DNA of 63,439 nucleotides, filler included, from Reticulomyxa filosa (taxonomy: Eukaryota > Protista > Foraminifera), in NCBI GenBank assembly GCA_000512085.1. It is 24 parts of 24 records of this genome, joined end to end, with 100 filler letters (N's around TTAATTAATTAA, not from the genome) between each part and the next. Parts side by side here need not be neighbours in the genome. Positions count along the whole stretch, not along the records: positions 47,743 to 52,154 come from ASPP01003938.1; positions 52,255 to 54,220 come from ASPP01014751.1; positions 54,321 to 55,676 come from ASPP01007799.1; positions 55,777 to 57,629 come from ASPP01004979.1; positions 57,730 to 59,665 come from ASPP01001228.1; positions 59,766 to 62,191 come from ASPP01007455.1; 18 more parts are not named here. One strand, 5' to 3'. Below the pieces are notes generated by a model. That model was given only the letters and a program-made list of their open reading frames with translations. It made no database searches and was not told the DNA's origin. The position numbers were made by a program, and so were the translations under genes. This document shows, piece by piece, positions 48,433 to 61,689 of the stretch; the first letter of the stretch is position 1, and every line of letters starts with the position of its first letter.

Positions 48433-50330
48433 ATGGCACTACAATTTCGACAAGTGATGGAAACACTACAGCGACGGTTGAGTGTGCGTCAAGACCGCAG
48501 AGTACTTCAAGCGAGAGGTATGTTGAAACTAACAACGATAACAGAATCTGAAAATTTTGAGCAGCTGGACGAACAGAACAAAGACAACATTATGACAAAC
48601 AAACACCACGAGCCAGCTTTTTTTGCATATTTTTTCAAACAAATTTGTAGACAAAGCCACATTGGATCGAATCGCTAAAAACTATTCCATCAACCACAAT
48701 CGTCGACCTGCCAACTTTGATGATGGTACACCTATAGACAACAATGATGTGAACCAGCAGTTGATGATCTGGCAAGTGCAAGATCGTACAAGAACTCACT
48801 GTGATTATATATATTACTCAACTCGTGATTATGTCGTTGGTAATCGAATTGAATTGACTAATAATAAAAAAGGTATTTTTTTTTTTAAAAATACGTACAT
48901 ATTATGTATACATAATGCACTTTTAATTTGTCGAATTGCATATCGATTTTTGACAGCTTGAAAAAACAATCTGTTAAATTTTTTGTAGGTGTGATCAAAT
49001 TCATTGGGAAAGACGATTGATTAGGCATTGAATTGGACGAATTCAATATGAAAATCACAAATCTTTTTTGGAGACATATTATTTTGTAAAGAACATTTTG
49101 GATTGAACTGATTTGGATTTTTGATCATCAGATACTCTGACACTTCTGAGTTTGGCAAAGGTGGAATTGCAAAAGGAGAAATTAAGCAAAATGCTTGAAA
49201 AATTTTCAAGCAAATGATCATGTTGAAATGGATGCAGGACGAACCGGTTTATTTTAATAATTATTCATCATTTATCATTTATAATTTTGTTTTGTTTATT
49301 CAAATGAACAAATTGACGTGAAAAATATGTATACGTATATGTTTATACGAAAGGAATTAATACAAATGAAAGTATTGGATAAATCACTTGCTCCGTGAAA
49401 AGCTGGTGATAGAATCATTCTTGACACAGGCGACATTGGCAAGGCTGTGCTTGTGGAGTCGATCAGCTTTGACGACCGAGAAATCTTTCGTATTTTATTG
49501 GACAATTTTTGTCTAATGGTCACAGGAGAATGAAAAAGTTTATAGATATGAGATCCTCTGGAAAAATATATTAGTCACTGGGAAAATTGATTATGTATGA
49601 TGAATGTGCACTTATCTGAAAGTAATAACAAGTGTCAAGACAATGCATTGATGTCAGGAGCAGCAGACGCACATGTTGTTTCTACACATGAATGCGTTCG
49701 ATCTCACAATGACACCTATATGAACCGTCAACGAGAGGATTGCTGTTTGATAATTCTTTACTTACTATCAAAGAATCTTTTGATATGTGTAACAACTTTA
49801 TCATTGTGATCAAGAAATAATGCGACGACAGAACAAGTGCTTATTTTGATCTCAAAGTGTCTCAAAAACAAAAACAAAAAAAGTCACGTGGTACCAAGAA
49901 GAAAAGAAATTTGTTTTGTCGAAAATTGGTTGTGCCCTCATTCACCACTGTTGGTTTGATCTTAAACAAAAAATATTGATGTGGAAGATGGAAAAACAAA
50001 AATACAACAAAAACTGAGCAAAGAAGATGATGATGATTATTATTATTATTAACAATACGTTTCAAGTTTTTGTAAGGCTTACGATAATGATTGACATATT
50101 TCACTACATTGAAAATTTTCTAGCCTTTGAAGAAAATGAAAAAAAAAGTCGATAAGTTGCTCCATCAAGTGTCACAACATGGACGAAAATACACATGCTA
50201 TCTTATGCTAATTGTGACTGGAAATGTCGAGAATATATCAAATACGTTTGCAATCGTCATACTTTGGATTAGGAGTGGTGTATGACAAACTTTATTGTCG
50301 AAAAGAAGTTTCCAAGCATTGTGGTATCTT
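48433..50330 (+). pseudogene. RPEL-like + CAP-Gly-like protein pseudogene
   Basis: LQRRLSVRQDRRVLQARGML (RPEL-like); VGNRIELTNNKKG|VIKFIGKDD*LGIELDE (CAP-Gly-like, TGA at 49018-49020); further relics GDRIILDTGDIG and LGVVYD. Multiple stops and frameshifts. Confidence 0.55.
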
Positions 50331-51575
50331 TTTTTTTAACTCCTGTGTTATCATTGATATCTTTATAATATTCTTTTTCTGTTCTTTTTTGGAGTCCTTT
50401 GTTATTTTTCGTAACCAAAAAACTTGTACATTTTCATAACTTCCAATCATCCATATTAGTGCATTTTTCTCATTTGCTTAATTGGATTTAAACTCTACTT
50501 CTTGTTCCTTTCTATTATCTACTCCTACATGATGACAAGAATCAATTCCTATTTCGCACAGTCGACGTTTAAGCGTATCTCTTTATTGTTTTGTTTTTTT
50601 TTCTTGATACAAAATTTAACCTGCAATTAATTCCAGTTATAAGTTTTTTCAAATCGAATCTATTTGTACATTTTCTACTTTCTTTAAGATTTAAAATATT
50701 AAAGTTCAAAATTTTTTTTACGATGAGGATAATTTGATAAAGATGTCATGTGAGCTGGAGGAAGAAATTTAATTATTATTTAAAAAAATACAATTCACAC
50801 AAAAAAATGAAAAATTTTGAGGCAAGTGTTAAATACTTGCAGTCGAATATTCACCAACTTGGAGTTGTTTGTCTTTGTTTACGATACGGCAACCACAGCC
50901 ACTTTCCATATATATACATATATATTGTATTCTTTGGAGACCTATGTTATAAACGTGTATTAATCATATACATTTCAATTACACCAAAAAAAAAACATTA
51001 TAACTTGAAATATAGGTTGCTCACATAATCACTATAATCATCAGCTCACCACTTTCAATTGTGCAATTTACTTTCAATTCATCATGAACCACACATACAC
51101 ACGACATGGACTTCCAATTTTTTCCCCCAAATTATGCGTTGTTCAAAACGCAATACTATAATCCACGTTCGACGCACATCATCACTAAGATATTTGTTCA
51201 ATAACGAACAAATAAATTTTATTGGAGAAATAACAGATGCGCATGTTATAGTGAGGCTTCCATGATTTCCATCATCAGCAACAATCCAACAATGATGTTG
51301 CCAGTGTTACTTTTATCTACTGCAACCATCGATATTGATACTGCTGCTGTTGCTATTACTATTGCCATTATCGCTGGACCAATGACAATATAAATAGCAC
51401 AAACATTTCCATCCAATTCCAAAACTTCATTGACACATCTTGGAATATCTATTAAACAATTTCAAGCAACACATACACATAAATAAATAATCAATATACG
51501 TATAAAGGTGTTGCTATTAGTTTTAATATGTACATATTTAAAAAAAAAAATGTATATAAAAAAACTTTTCAAGCA

Positions 51576-52144
51576 ATGGACCCAAACACGAATTATACAG
51601 GCACACAAACGATCAATCAAAATAACATCAACTCCTTTGGAGGTCGTGTAAATGCGATCTTCAATTTCAATGATCACTGTTCCTATCAATTATTCCATTA
51701 TTTTAGGACGACTGATGGACTTAATATCATTGAAAATGCTCGTCCCCTAGAGCTACCATTTTTTTTTGAGTGGCTGTCTTGTCACTTATTGATCCTTCCA
51801 CTTTTCGAAACCGAGTGATTCGATTTTTTTTTTTTAACCAAATAATTTGTACCATATCGACAGCATCTATGGGAGGGGGAGGGAAGACTCGACTGCTGAC
51901 ACAAAATGATGTTCGTGTATCCATTCATCATGACCAACGTTGCCAATATCCATGCCTTTTTCTTGATTTGTCAAATAATGGCGCGACTTTTGAATCTCGA
52001 TCCAATTATCGACTGGCACAGTGTTGCTCCTTTTGTAACAAATGTGAAACAACATTAGCTCTTCAAATCGTGGAATATAGCAATGACGCCCAAATATTGA
52101 CGCGCAAAACACCGATCCAATATATTGAAACAATTGACAAATGA
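51576..52144 (+). pseudogene. Possible degenerate STAND/NB-ARC-like P-loop NTPase fragment
   Basis: ICTIS..SMGGGGKTRL resembles GMGGxGKT, preceded by PFF. Frameshifted. Confidence 0.3.
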
Positions 52145-52312
52145 GTAACAGATTNNNNNNNNNNNNNNNNNNNNNNNNNNNNNNNNNNNNNNNNNNNNTT
52201 AATTAATTAANNNNNNNNNNNNNNNNNNNNNNNNNNNNNNNNNNNNNNNNNNNNAAATAAACAAAAATCCATTTGCTTTGATTTGTCTTATCCTTTCCTT
52301 TCGATTTGATAG

Positions 52313-52552
52313 TCAAAGAATGACAGCGTCGTGTCTGCCTTGGGCACACATTATGTGCAGTACTCAACAGACGAACCTGGTCCCAAATATGACAAAAGAG
52401 ATTCCATGAGCGTCTTGTTCCAACACTCTTCCAGTGCCAGTGAATTCGATAAAAATTCCGCTGCCTTCAATAAAGGGATAACTCATATTCCCAGCGAATC
52501 CCAAAGAAGCACGTTGGAATTAGAAGACGCGCCGTTGCACCTTAAAACATAA
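52313..52552 (+). CDS. Last exon of a hypothetical protein
   Basis: An open frame after an acceptor-like TAG, followed by a T-rich 3' UTR. Confidence 0.45.
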   Translation, partial: SKNDSVVSALGTHYVQYSTDEPGPKYDKRDSMSVLFQHSSSASEFDKNSAAFNKGITHIPSESQRSTLELEDAPLHLKT

Positions 52553-53165
52553 CCAAACCTTTTTTTTTCATCATCACTCCCCCCCCTTGTTTTTTGAACA
52601 TTTCATTCATATTTTCTATTTTTATTTTTTTAAATCTTTTTGTAAATGTATCCGTTGTAAAAGGAACATTCAATTGTCAAAAGCCTTTTTTCTTACTTCC
52701 TTTTTTGTATTTGACCGTTGTTTTGTTTTGTTGTTTTTCCTCGGTTTGATCCTGCTGTGTAATTGCAGGATGAGAAAATGCTTTTGTCCAAAGATGTCGC
52801 CATTTGAATGAGAATGACATTTTAAGAGACTAACAAAAATTACTCATCCTGCAAAATCTGCATGTTTTTAAAAACTCTGCATAACACGTGAAAAACTTGA
52901 AAAACTGTGAAAATTATTATCACAACTTAAAAAACAAAAAAACCGCAAAAAAAAAAAAAAAGAACCCGTTGAGTTTTTAACAAAGTTGAAACTCGTCAAA
53001 CTTTGTATTTTGTTAAAATTCCTTCTTTTCAAGTGTATTTCAGCACTATTGGTGTATTCTTTTTTATTTCAGAAAAATAAAAGCAAAGACAATTGTTTGA
53101 GTCCATTAATTGACTGTCCAAGTGAGCCTGTAATAGTTTTGAGTGGATAAAAAGAAGTAAGTTGA

Positions 53166-54178
53166 ATGGACAATGCCTCTAAAAAAGAAGAAATAATAGT
53201 TCAATCCGATTTGAGCGTAGTTACCCGAGATGAAAGTGGATATTTGCATTTGCGAAGTGGTTTGGAACTTGCAGATGCAACGAAGATCGGACTAAAAAAG
53301 TTTGCAATTAAGAGATTGACATACGATTTGAAAGGTTTGAATTAAGTTTGCATTGAAAAGAGATTTGTTTTGTTTTGTTTTGTGTGATGGAAGTCGAGTT
53401 GAACAATGGACAAAATAATAACAATCAGAATGCCAAGAAAGCCCATTGCCAATGATAGCAGCATTGCCATTGGATGCGAATATGTTTCGATGGCACGCTA
53501 ATTTGATGGGTCCACCGGGGTCAAATTACGAAGATATAGTTGAGAAAATGCGTGCCAATTTTTTTTTTATCCTTTTTTTTTTTTTTTTTTTTTTTTTTCC
53601 CTTACGAAAGAGAGAAGCGCAATGACGACAATGATAACAATAATGATGATGTGGATTGAACTTAGTGCTTTCATTTGGTCATCAAAATCCCTGAAGACTA
53701 TCCACGACAAGCGCCTAAAATAAAGATCAAATCGTACTTTAATCACCCCAATGTGTTTGGGTCATGGATTTGTTTGGACATGCTGGAAGGACAATGGTCA
53801 GTTTTCGCTTTACAATTAAAAAAAGTTGGAGTGGTGTGGGATGTACAATTTTTTTTTTTTTTCCTTAAAAAAAAAAAAAAGAAGAGCAAAATCTTGTATA
53901 AATATAAAGATATATTTATGTATACATATATTTGTAAATATTACAATGTGGAAAAAAAAAAAAAGGATTCCGAATGACAAAAAGACGGAAAAGAAAACAG
54001 ATGTTGGCTATGGCTGGACACCTGCATACACGATTCAAAGCATTTTGGTTCAGCTGCAGGCGTTTTTGTTTGACCAAGCCGATACCTCGTTTTGGGCCAA
54101 GTTCCTCAACAAACTCAATTTTTGGCCTAGCACTGTCCTTCAGGCACGTGAAGGAGCAAAGAAATTCCAGTTTTGTAA

Positions 54179-54220
<42 letters not shown>
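53166..54220 (+). CDS. Ubiquitin-conjugating enzyme (E2) domain protein (3' partial)
   Basis: AIKRL.YDLK|E...[14 protein letters not shown]...[14 protein letters not shown]...[14 protein letters not shown]...[19 protein letters not shown]. The catalytic Cys is present. Confidence 0.9.
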
Positions 54221-54320
54221 NNNNNNNNNNNNNNNNNNNNNNNNNNNNNNNNNNNNNNNNNNNNTTAATTAATTAANNNNNNNNNNNNNNNNNNNNNNNN
54301 NNNNNNNNNNNNNNNNNNNN

Positions 54321-55676
54321 TTATTATTATTATTATTATTATTGGTCACATGTTCGGGTATTCTCACTTGAGGATATTTGTTGTATGCCTCGTGGTGGAC
54401 CCCGCCATCATTCGCTTTGTTTGCCGTTGCCATCGACATGCCATTGTTAGCATCTGATCGTTCCACTCCATACGCGTCACGTTTCATTTCTTCTTTTCCC
54501 ACCTTCCGAGTTTGTTTGTTTTTTTTTTTTTTTTTTTTTTTCCAAAAACCAAAAAAATACGTACACACAATCCGGTAATATACAGACTTAAAAAAAAAAA
54601 AAGGTACTCTCCCATTTTCCATTTTTTTTTTTTTTAAAAAAACTCATTACCAAAGGGGGGTTTTGATGTTTGACCTCCTTTGGGTCAAAGTTTGGCAAGT
54701 GATCAAACTCTTCCCCGTCCAGCTTTGGCTGCTGTGGATGATCGGCTCCAACGGGGGCGTTATCAGGGGGTGCATTGGCGGACTGGGTGGAAATGACAAT
54801 GCCTGTCAACAACTCGGAGGCATGTTGGATGTTATGTTGACTGGACTTCAATCGATGACGACGGATGTCACTGCGTGAGAGTTTGCGCAGCAACTCTTCC
54901 GATTCCTGCTGCTCTTGCAGCACTTTGGCGTCCGCCGCATCGACATGGTAGTCATCATCGTCATCGTCGTCGTCGGGATGCTTTGCTTCTTTGTCCTTGT
55001 CTGTCTTGGCGACTTGATGAACGACACCACCACCGACACCGACACCGCCGTCCGCATGCTTTGCGTGCTGGACTACAGACGAACGCACCGGATGCGGCTC
55101 AAGCTGCAGCAGGATTTGTCTTTGTTGCTGGATCATTTGCTTTAGTATTTCTTCCTCTTTTTCCCATTGCAGTAGCAATGAGTCGCGTCGCACCAACGGG
55201 TGTGCCGCTTTCGATGCATGGTCTACTCCTTTCCCTTTCAACCCTGCATTCAAGTCGTCTTGTTCCACACCTTTCGTCTCATTCATGTCTTCCATCGCCA
55301 CCATTTGCGCCACTGCCAAGTCTGAGTCGTTCAGTCCAACTGCTGCTTTACTCTTTGTATATGTTTATATACATATATATATATACATATATGTATATAT
55401 GAATATGAGTGTGTATGTATGTACACATAATGTCCTCTCCCTTTTTCTTGGGTCATAATTTGTTCAAGGATAAATAATTATTTTTTTTAAATAAAAAAAA
55501 AAAAAAAGTACATGATATTTATTAATAAATTCATCCATATTGCCGGCCAAAATTTTGTCCAAGTCTTTGATAAACTCGACCTCTTTTTCGGCATCAGTTT
55601 TGTTCTGCTGTTTGGCGCTGCTCTTCCCTGGCTTGTTATTGTTATTATTGTTATTATTATTATTATTATTATTATT
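54321..55676 (-). CDS. Hypothetical low-complexity protein (partial at both ends)
   Basis: A GC-richer open frame of about 240 codons with flanking exons and poly-Asn/poly-Asp tracts. Confidence 0.6.
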
Positions 55677-56932
55677 NNNNNNNNNNNNNNNNNNNNNNNN
55701 NNNNNNNNNNNNNNNNNNNNTTAATTAATTAANNNNNNNNNNNNNNNNNNNNNNNNNNNNNNNNNNNNNNNNNNNNGTCCTTGTTTTTTTTGTCCTTGTT
55801 TTTTTGTTTAACTCTTTGCTTTTTTTTTTCCTTGTTTTTTTGTTTCACTCTTTGCTTTTTTTTTTTAAGCACTTTTTTTTTTTACGATTATTATTTTAAA
55901 ATTTTTTTTTTATTACAAGTTTTTTTAGATAAGTTTTTGTTAGTTGTTGAATTTGTTTGATTGTATTGTTGTGTTATTTATTTTGTCTTTTTTTTTTTTG
56001 TAATGGTATTGATGCTGTTATTCAGTGGTCATGAGTCATTGTCACTGCTGTGGTCTTTGCTTATTGTTGATAATCTTGCACGCTTACGTAGACTAGAATT
56101 GATGTCACGAAGACATCGTTATCGCAATCATCGGAGTCGCGTTGCTGCCGTCCTGCAACAAAGTGGTCCATTTGTGGCGACTCCACTTGCGCGATGATTT
56201 CTATTACCGGCCTTGTAGCTTGTGTGAGTAGATATCGATGCGCGCCTTGGGTATGAGATATACCCCAACGGTCTACGATTGCAACTACTAATCCAATCTA
56301 ACAATGTAGTTGCTTGCATTTCTGCCATACGTTATCATGGCAAATAACGGTCGTCGTTGATAGATCTATTCCAAGTGTCCTGCAAGTTTCGTGCTTTTAA
56401 CACTTATAACACATTTTTTTATGTGTTGTTTGTTTCATGTGTATTGCCAAAGATTGGTGTGTTGGATTATTGGTTCCTGTCTCCTGCCGTTTCATTCCTC
56501 CAGTAGCTATTTTTTTTTAGTTGGATTGTGTTTGTTTTTTAATGTAAATTTAATAATTAATTTTAAATTTTGAAATAATTTGTTTGAAAACCAAGTTCCA
56601 GAGCAGTTTTTCACAAGCAATCCATTTAAAATGCTGCTACTTGTGACTCCAAATCTAGCATATAAAAAAAGTGTCAGTAGCGTAATTGTTAATTGTACGA
56701 AAAATATCTTCTTTTTTTTTTCAAATGCAATAAATAAAATGCTCACTGGTTGTTTGAGGAGGAAAAACAAAAGATGCGTTCAAAAGTTACAAGTTTTTAT
56801 CTTGCATTAAAAAAAATGTGTGAGTTGAACAACAAAAAATAATCGCTGAATGATTGCAAAAAGAAAAAGCTTGAGATAAAGATGTAGCAGATGATAAGAA
56901 AATAAAATCATGTGTTTATGAATGTTGACAAT

Positions 56933-57464
56933 TTAATCACCAACGGAGAGCCTTGCTGAAATGTTCATACTCATGAGCTCTTGGAACATGAGTTTACAAG
57001 CATAAGGCATTTTAACAGCGCGCAAATGATTTGCACTTCGACAGTACTGACACCACTTGTCAAACTGAATGAGTCCGCACTGGCCACAAATAACGACATC
57101 ACAGATATCGCCACTCACCATGAGTCTCTCATAGAGCAAATGCGATGTGCCATGAGCAATGAAGCAATCTTTTTCCATTTCCCCAATTCGCAAACCTCCA
57201 TCGCGCGAGCGTCCTTCCGTGGGCTGTCGCGTCAGCACCGTGACCGGACCACGCGACCTCGCATGCATTTTATCGGCGACCATGTGTTTGAGTTTTTGAT
57301 AAAACACCGGTCCCATGAATATGTAAGCTTCCAAGGGTTCCCCGGTTATGCCATTGGTCAAGTAGTCTTTTCCGTTGTACGAATAGCCGGACTGTCTTAG
57401 CAAGTTGCAGACATCATCTACGCGATCGCCACTGAACGCAGTTCCATCTTTGATTTCCCCCTTT

Positions 57465-57516
<52 letters not shown>

Positions 57517-57629
57517 TTTAATGTTCAAAGCATAATCGATATAAACATATACATATATGTATGTATATTGACATGTAAAATTCCAGCTTTGCCGGTGAGC
57601 AATTCAATAATTTTTCCAACAGTCATTCG
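56933..57629 (-). CDS. RPC2: RNA polymerase III second-largest subunit, C-terminal part
   Basis: [66 protein letters not shown] and MPYACKL.FQEL.SMNI. GKD, QKLKHMV and RQPTEGRS are Pol III-type signatures. Intron 57461-57572. Confidence 0.93.
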
Positions 57630-57729
57630 NNNNNNNNNNNNNNNNNNNNNNNNNNNNNNNNNNNNNNNNNNNNTTAATTAATTAANNNNNNNNNNNNNNN
57701 NNNNNNNNNNNNNNNNNNNNNNNNNNNNN

Positions 57730-59460
57730 ACCCAAGAAAACACAAATGTGTCCTCTGTCGTAAGCAACATCCATGTGATTCAGTGCAATGTGAAGTGATT
57801 CGCAAAGCAAGAGAAAAACTTGGTATTAAATTGACGAGGAATGAAGATGCATTCCTGAAGAAAAAAGAATCGCAAACCATTCCTATCAAATCAAATTTGC
57901 AGAGGCAAGCAAAGGTTTACTCTTATACTGATGCTGCTAAAAGTCAAAGATCAAATGATAATGAAAATATAATGGTCCTCGAAAATCAAAGAAAAGGACA
58001 AATATAAAGAATAAAAGAAAGATCAAAAACAGAAAATAAAAAATCAGATGCTGATGAAATCTTATCGCTAAAACTTGAATTCCAGCAATTAATCCAACAT
58101 TGATGCAGATGGGGATTGTTAATCGATCAATAGATGAAATTAATATTAAGAATACCAATATGCAAACAGATCAATGCTGACAATTTACCAATCCATGAGA
58201 TGTAATTCAAATGTGCCTTTGGTCTCGATTCATTCCAAATCTTGTATACCAATACAAAACCGACCTGACCATCAGCAAACATGCCACACTTGATGAATTA
58301 CTGTCGGTAGGTCATTGATGTATATCAGGCAAGGTGTCTTTACCCCAATCAGCTATACTGCAAGCCATGTTGTGACAAAATACCCCACATGGAATTGGTT
58401 CAAGCATCCGATCTAATGGTAAGACAGACATTTTAACTACACTTCCGAACATGTCTACCACTAGTAAATCATTTGCTGCTGGTATGTATGGTGGCATTGG
58501 AATTGGAATTAATTATGTGATTGATATTTCAAATTCCAGTCTATCGAATTCCCAAGACTATGGAACGACAAAGCAGCAGAACAAAATGAATGTTGATAAT
58601 AATAACATCAAAAGAAACACAACGAAAAGGAAAGCACCAGATGATGAGTGAAAAAGCAAAGCATTATCACTCAACTTTGCAAGTTGTTGTGTCAAGTTCA
58701 TTTTTTTTTGTCAAGTTCAAATTCTCAACACAACGACGAAAAGAATATGAAAACTCGACGATAATTTCTTTGCTCCAACGTTCCAACGATAGTCATAACT
58801 CCAATTAAATCCAAAGAACTAACGACATTAAAGAAACATTGTAAGATTATGGAGAAAAAAGCATCTCAGACTGTTCCTATTAAATCAAATGTGCAGCAAC
58901 AAGCCAAGAATTAATCTATACTGCCAAAGGACAAAGATCAAATGGAAATGAATAATAATGGCCAAAGAAAAGAACCAATAGAAAGAAGAATAAGAGAAAG
59001 ATCAATAACGATCAAAAGCAGAAAATAAGAAATCTGATTCAATGAAATCTTATCACTAAGACTTGAATTGGCAGAGATAAAATCGGCATTCAATTAATCC
59101 AGATTGATTCAGATGGTGATTGGTAATAGATCAAGAGATGAAATTAATATTGCAAATATCAATAAGGAAATGGATCTATGATCAGTAGTCTATTGGTATT
59201 CCAGAATAATACCAACAGATTTTATTCCAAGTCTCAAATATTAGAGCAAAACTTACATGCATGGTTAGATCATAATATAGACGATGAGTGTATTCTCGAT
59301 TTCATTACATCCAATGGATTGCATACTATCAACACTGCCATTTGATTGCATATTAATGAAGGATAATGCAACATTAAGCATACGTTCAATATCAAAACCA
59401 CGTGGTCATCACCACGAACTGAACAACAAAAGATTAAGACTTGGGATCTGATAAAAAAAA
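57730..59460 (+). mobile_element. Decayed non-LTR (LINE-like) retrotransposon remnants, two partial copies
   Basis: ORF1-type knuckle CVLCRKQHPCDSVQC (57747-57791); diverged direct duplication 57861-58178 vs 58855-59184; endonuclease-like relic HAWLDHNIDDECILDFITSNGLHTIN (about 59256-59335). Intronless, with many stops. Confidence 0.55.
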
Positions 59461-59765
59461 ATTCCTAAAAAAAGTTGTATTTTGAATGAAGATAAGCACA
59501 GAACAACTAGATACTGCAACATCTAGCAGTATCTGAAAGAATTTCTAAGTTAATCTTCGATTATTAACAACGATTTTCGTCGTCAACAAGATTGTGGCAA
59601 AAACAGAAACAAAGATAAAGATACAAAGAAAATACTTTCAAACTACTAAAAAAAGAAATTTTTTTNNNNNNNNNNNNNNNNNNNNNNNNNNNNNNNNNNN
59701 NNNNNNNNNTTAATTAATTAANNNNNNNNNNNNNNNNNNNNNNNNNNNNNNNNNNNNNNNNNNNN

Positions 59766-61123
59766 AAATAAAAAAAAAAAAACAGCTACATACATAGTAC
59801 TCCGAGTCTGACGCAAGTGAACTAGCACTTCAAAATTGCATAGCATTACACACACACACAAAGTTTGTTTATTTGTTTGTATTTATGTAAAATATCTAAG
59901 CCATTACATTCAAAAAAAGGATAAATAAATAAAGGTTTGTGATTGCAAGTAGAAGAGAGGAGGGGCAAAAAAAAAAAGGGGGGGTGAGTTCAAAACTCTG
60001 AACCCGGACCATCAACCAGATCATTCTTTGGCTCCTCTTGCTTTTTCTGTTCGTCTTTGTCGACAAGCGCGGTTGCGTTATCAAGGTCGCTGTCCATTTC
60101 GTAATGTACTGCGTCATTAAACGCTCCAAACAGTCCTATGTGATCTGTTGCTTTGAATTCTTTCGTGTTTATTATATAAGGCAATGGTTGATTATTAAAG
60201 CCATCCTATATTATTATTATTATTATGTATATGTACCTATATAGTATATACACGTTATATATTTCATTGCAAATCAAAAGATATCTAAAATACATCAGTT
60301 GATACAGTATACGTACTTTAAAAAAAAAATTTTAAAAAAAAGGGGGGGGAAGAGAGTAATGTTAGGGGGCATCACTTTTTTTTTTTTGTTACATGTTTGA
60401 CCCTTTTTTTTCTTCCCCCCCCTTTTTGATTGGATACAGCCAACATTTAGGAGAAACAAAAAAAAGACTCATGTTCTAAACGAGGTCACAGCGGGGTAGG
60501 TTAAATTGTTGCCCGGCCTCAATCAAGTCGTGCTGTGCTTTCAGTGCGGATATCAATTGTGATTGTGGAATCGTTCGGTCCATTGCCTTCATCCCAGAAT
60601 TCAATGCAATGCGGTAGCGCTCTAGCATGTCGTTCACGCTAAACACATCCCCATTTGCTGCTTTCGCTTTGTTATTCGATCCATCGTTTTTTGTTTCTGC
60701 TTCTTTTTTTTCCAATAAATTTTCTCGAAATACTCTCTTAACATTTTTTTTTTTTATTATTATTATTTTACCACCCCCCTTTTCTAAACTCTCAAAACTT
60801 TCATTTTTTTTTTTTTTTTTACATTTTCGATAAATTGTGTGTTTTGAAGCATCAAAAAACGATTGAATGTGTTGGATAGTTGCAATTGAGCATTTCGCGC
60901 TTCTTCATCCAATAATTCCAAGTCATCCTGAACTTTTTTCACGCGTTTTTCAATATAACCTGAAAAAGCTTCTAATGCTCTCAACAACTGTTTCACATGC
61001 GTTCAACAACCAAGTTTTTGCATTAACATCATATGCGAGAATATTAATTTATTTAATCAAATATTCAACCTGATCATCAGTTTGAAGCGTCCAATTTGGC
61101 ACATGTCGTCGCAAGTCCTCCAT
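59766..61123 (-). CDS. WASHC2: WASH complex subunit 2 (FAM21), N-terminal part
   Basis: DLRRHVPNWTLQTD.QLL..LE.FS, LSNTFNRFLMLQNTQFIEN and PLPYII.T.EF...DHIGL. Confidence 0.9.
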
Positions 61124-61689
61124 GTTTGATAGAGCTTATATTTTTTTTTCAGAAGAACCTTGAACAGCCCCTAAAACTTAAGAGTAGACACAATAGTTGG
61201 CTTATGTGGCACCGTGGCTGTCTAATTCAGTCCCAGTTATAGGCAAGATTATTTAAATGTAGTTGCGTAAGAAAAATGTTTATTTCTTTGTCCAATGTTT
61301 CTCAAAGGTATCACAAGACTCACTCAAACAAGCAAAAACTTTCTATAAGAAGTAAAATATAAATAATAAATAAAATTACACTAAATAATTAAGGATTACT
61401 CATAGAATTGAAAAAAATAACTATTTTATCAAATAACTTTATTTTATTAATTTAGCCAAAAAAGAGTTAAGTTACCCAAAATATTGTTTAAACGCTGCTT
61501 TCAAGTGTAAATAGTATAATCATATCAATTAAATTAAATAAGTTGATTTTTATTGTAAAATAAGCAAGAAAGCTATCATTGAACTGCGACTTTGATCAAC
61601 AAGACAGCTACAGAACGTTTGGCAAAAAAAGAAGTGAAAAAAAGTCTAGAAAATAAACATATATATTAATTTTAAAAATAAAAAGAAAG

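Noticed and set aside
49018-49020. In-frame TGA where Trp is expected, suggesting TGA=Trp recoding
   Set aside because: The locus has other lesions, the kinesin TGA replaces Gly, and intact genes use TGG for Trp and appear to end in TGA in some cases (10045-10047, 31823-31825).
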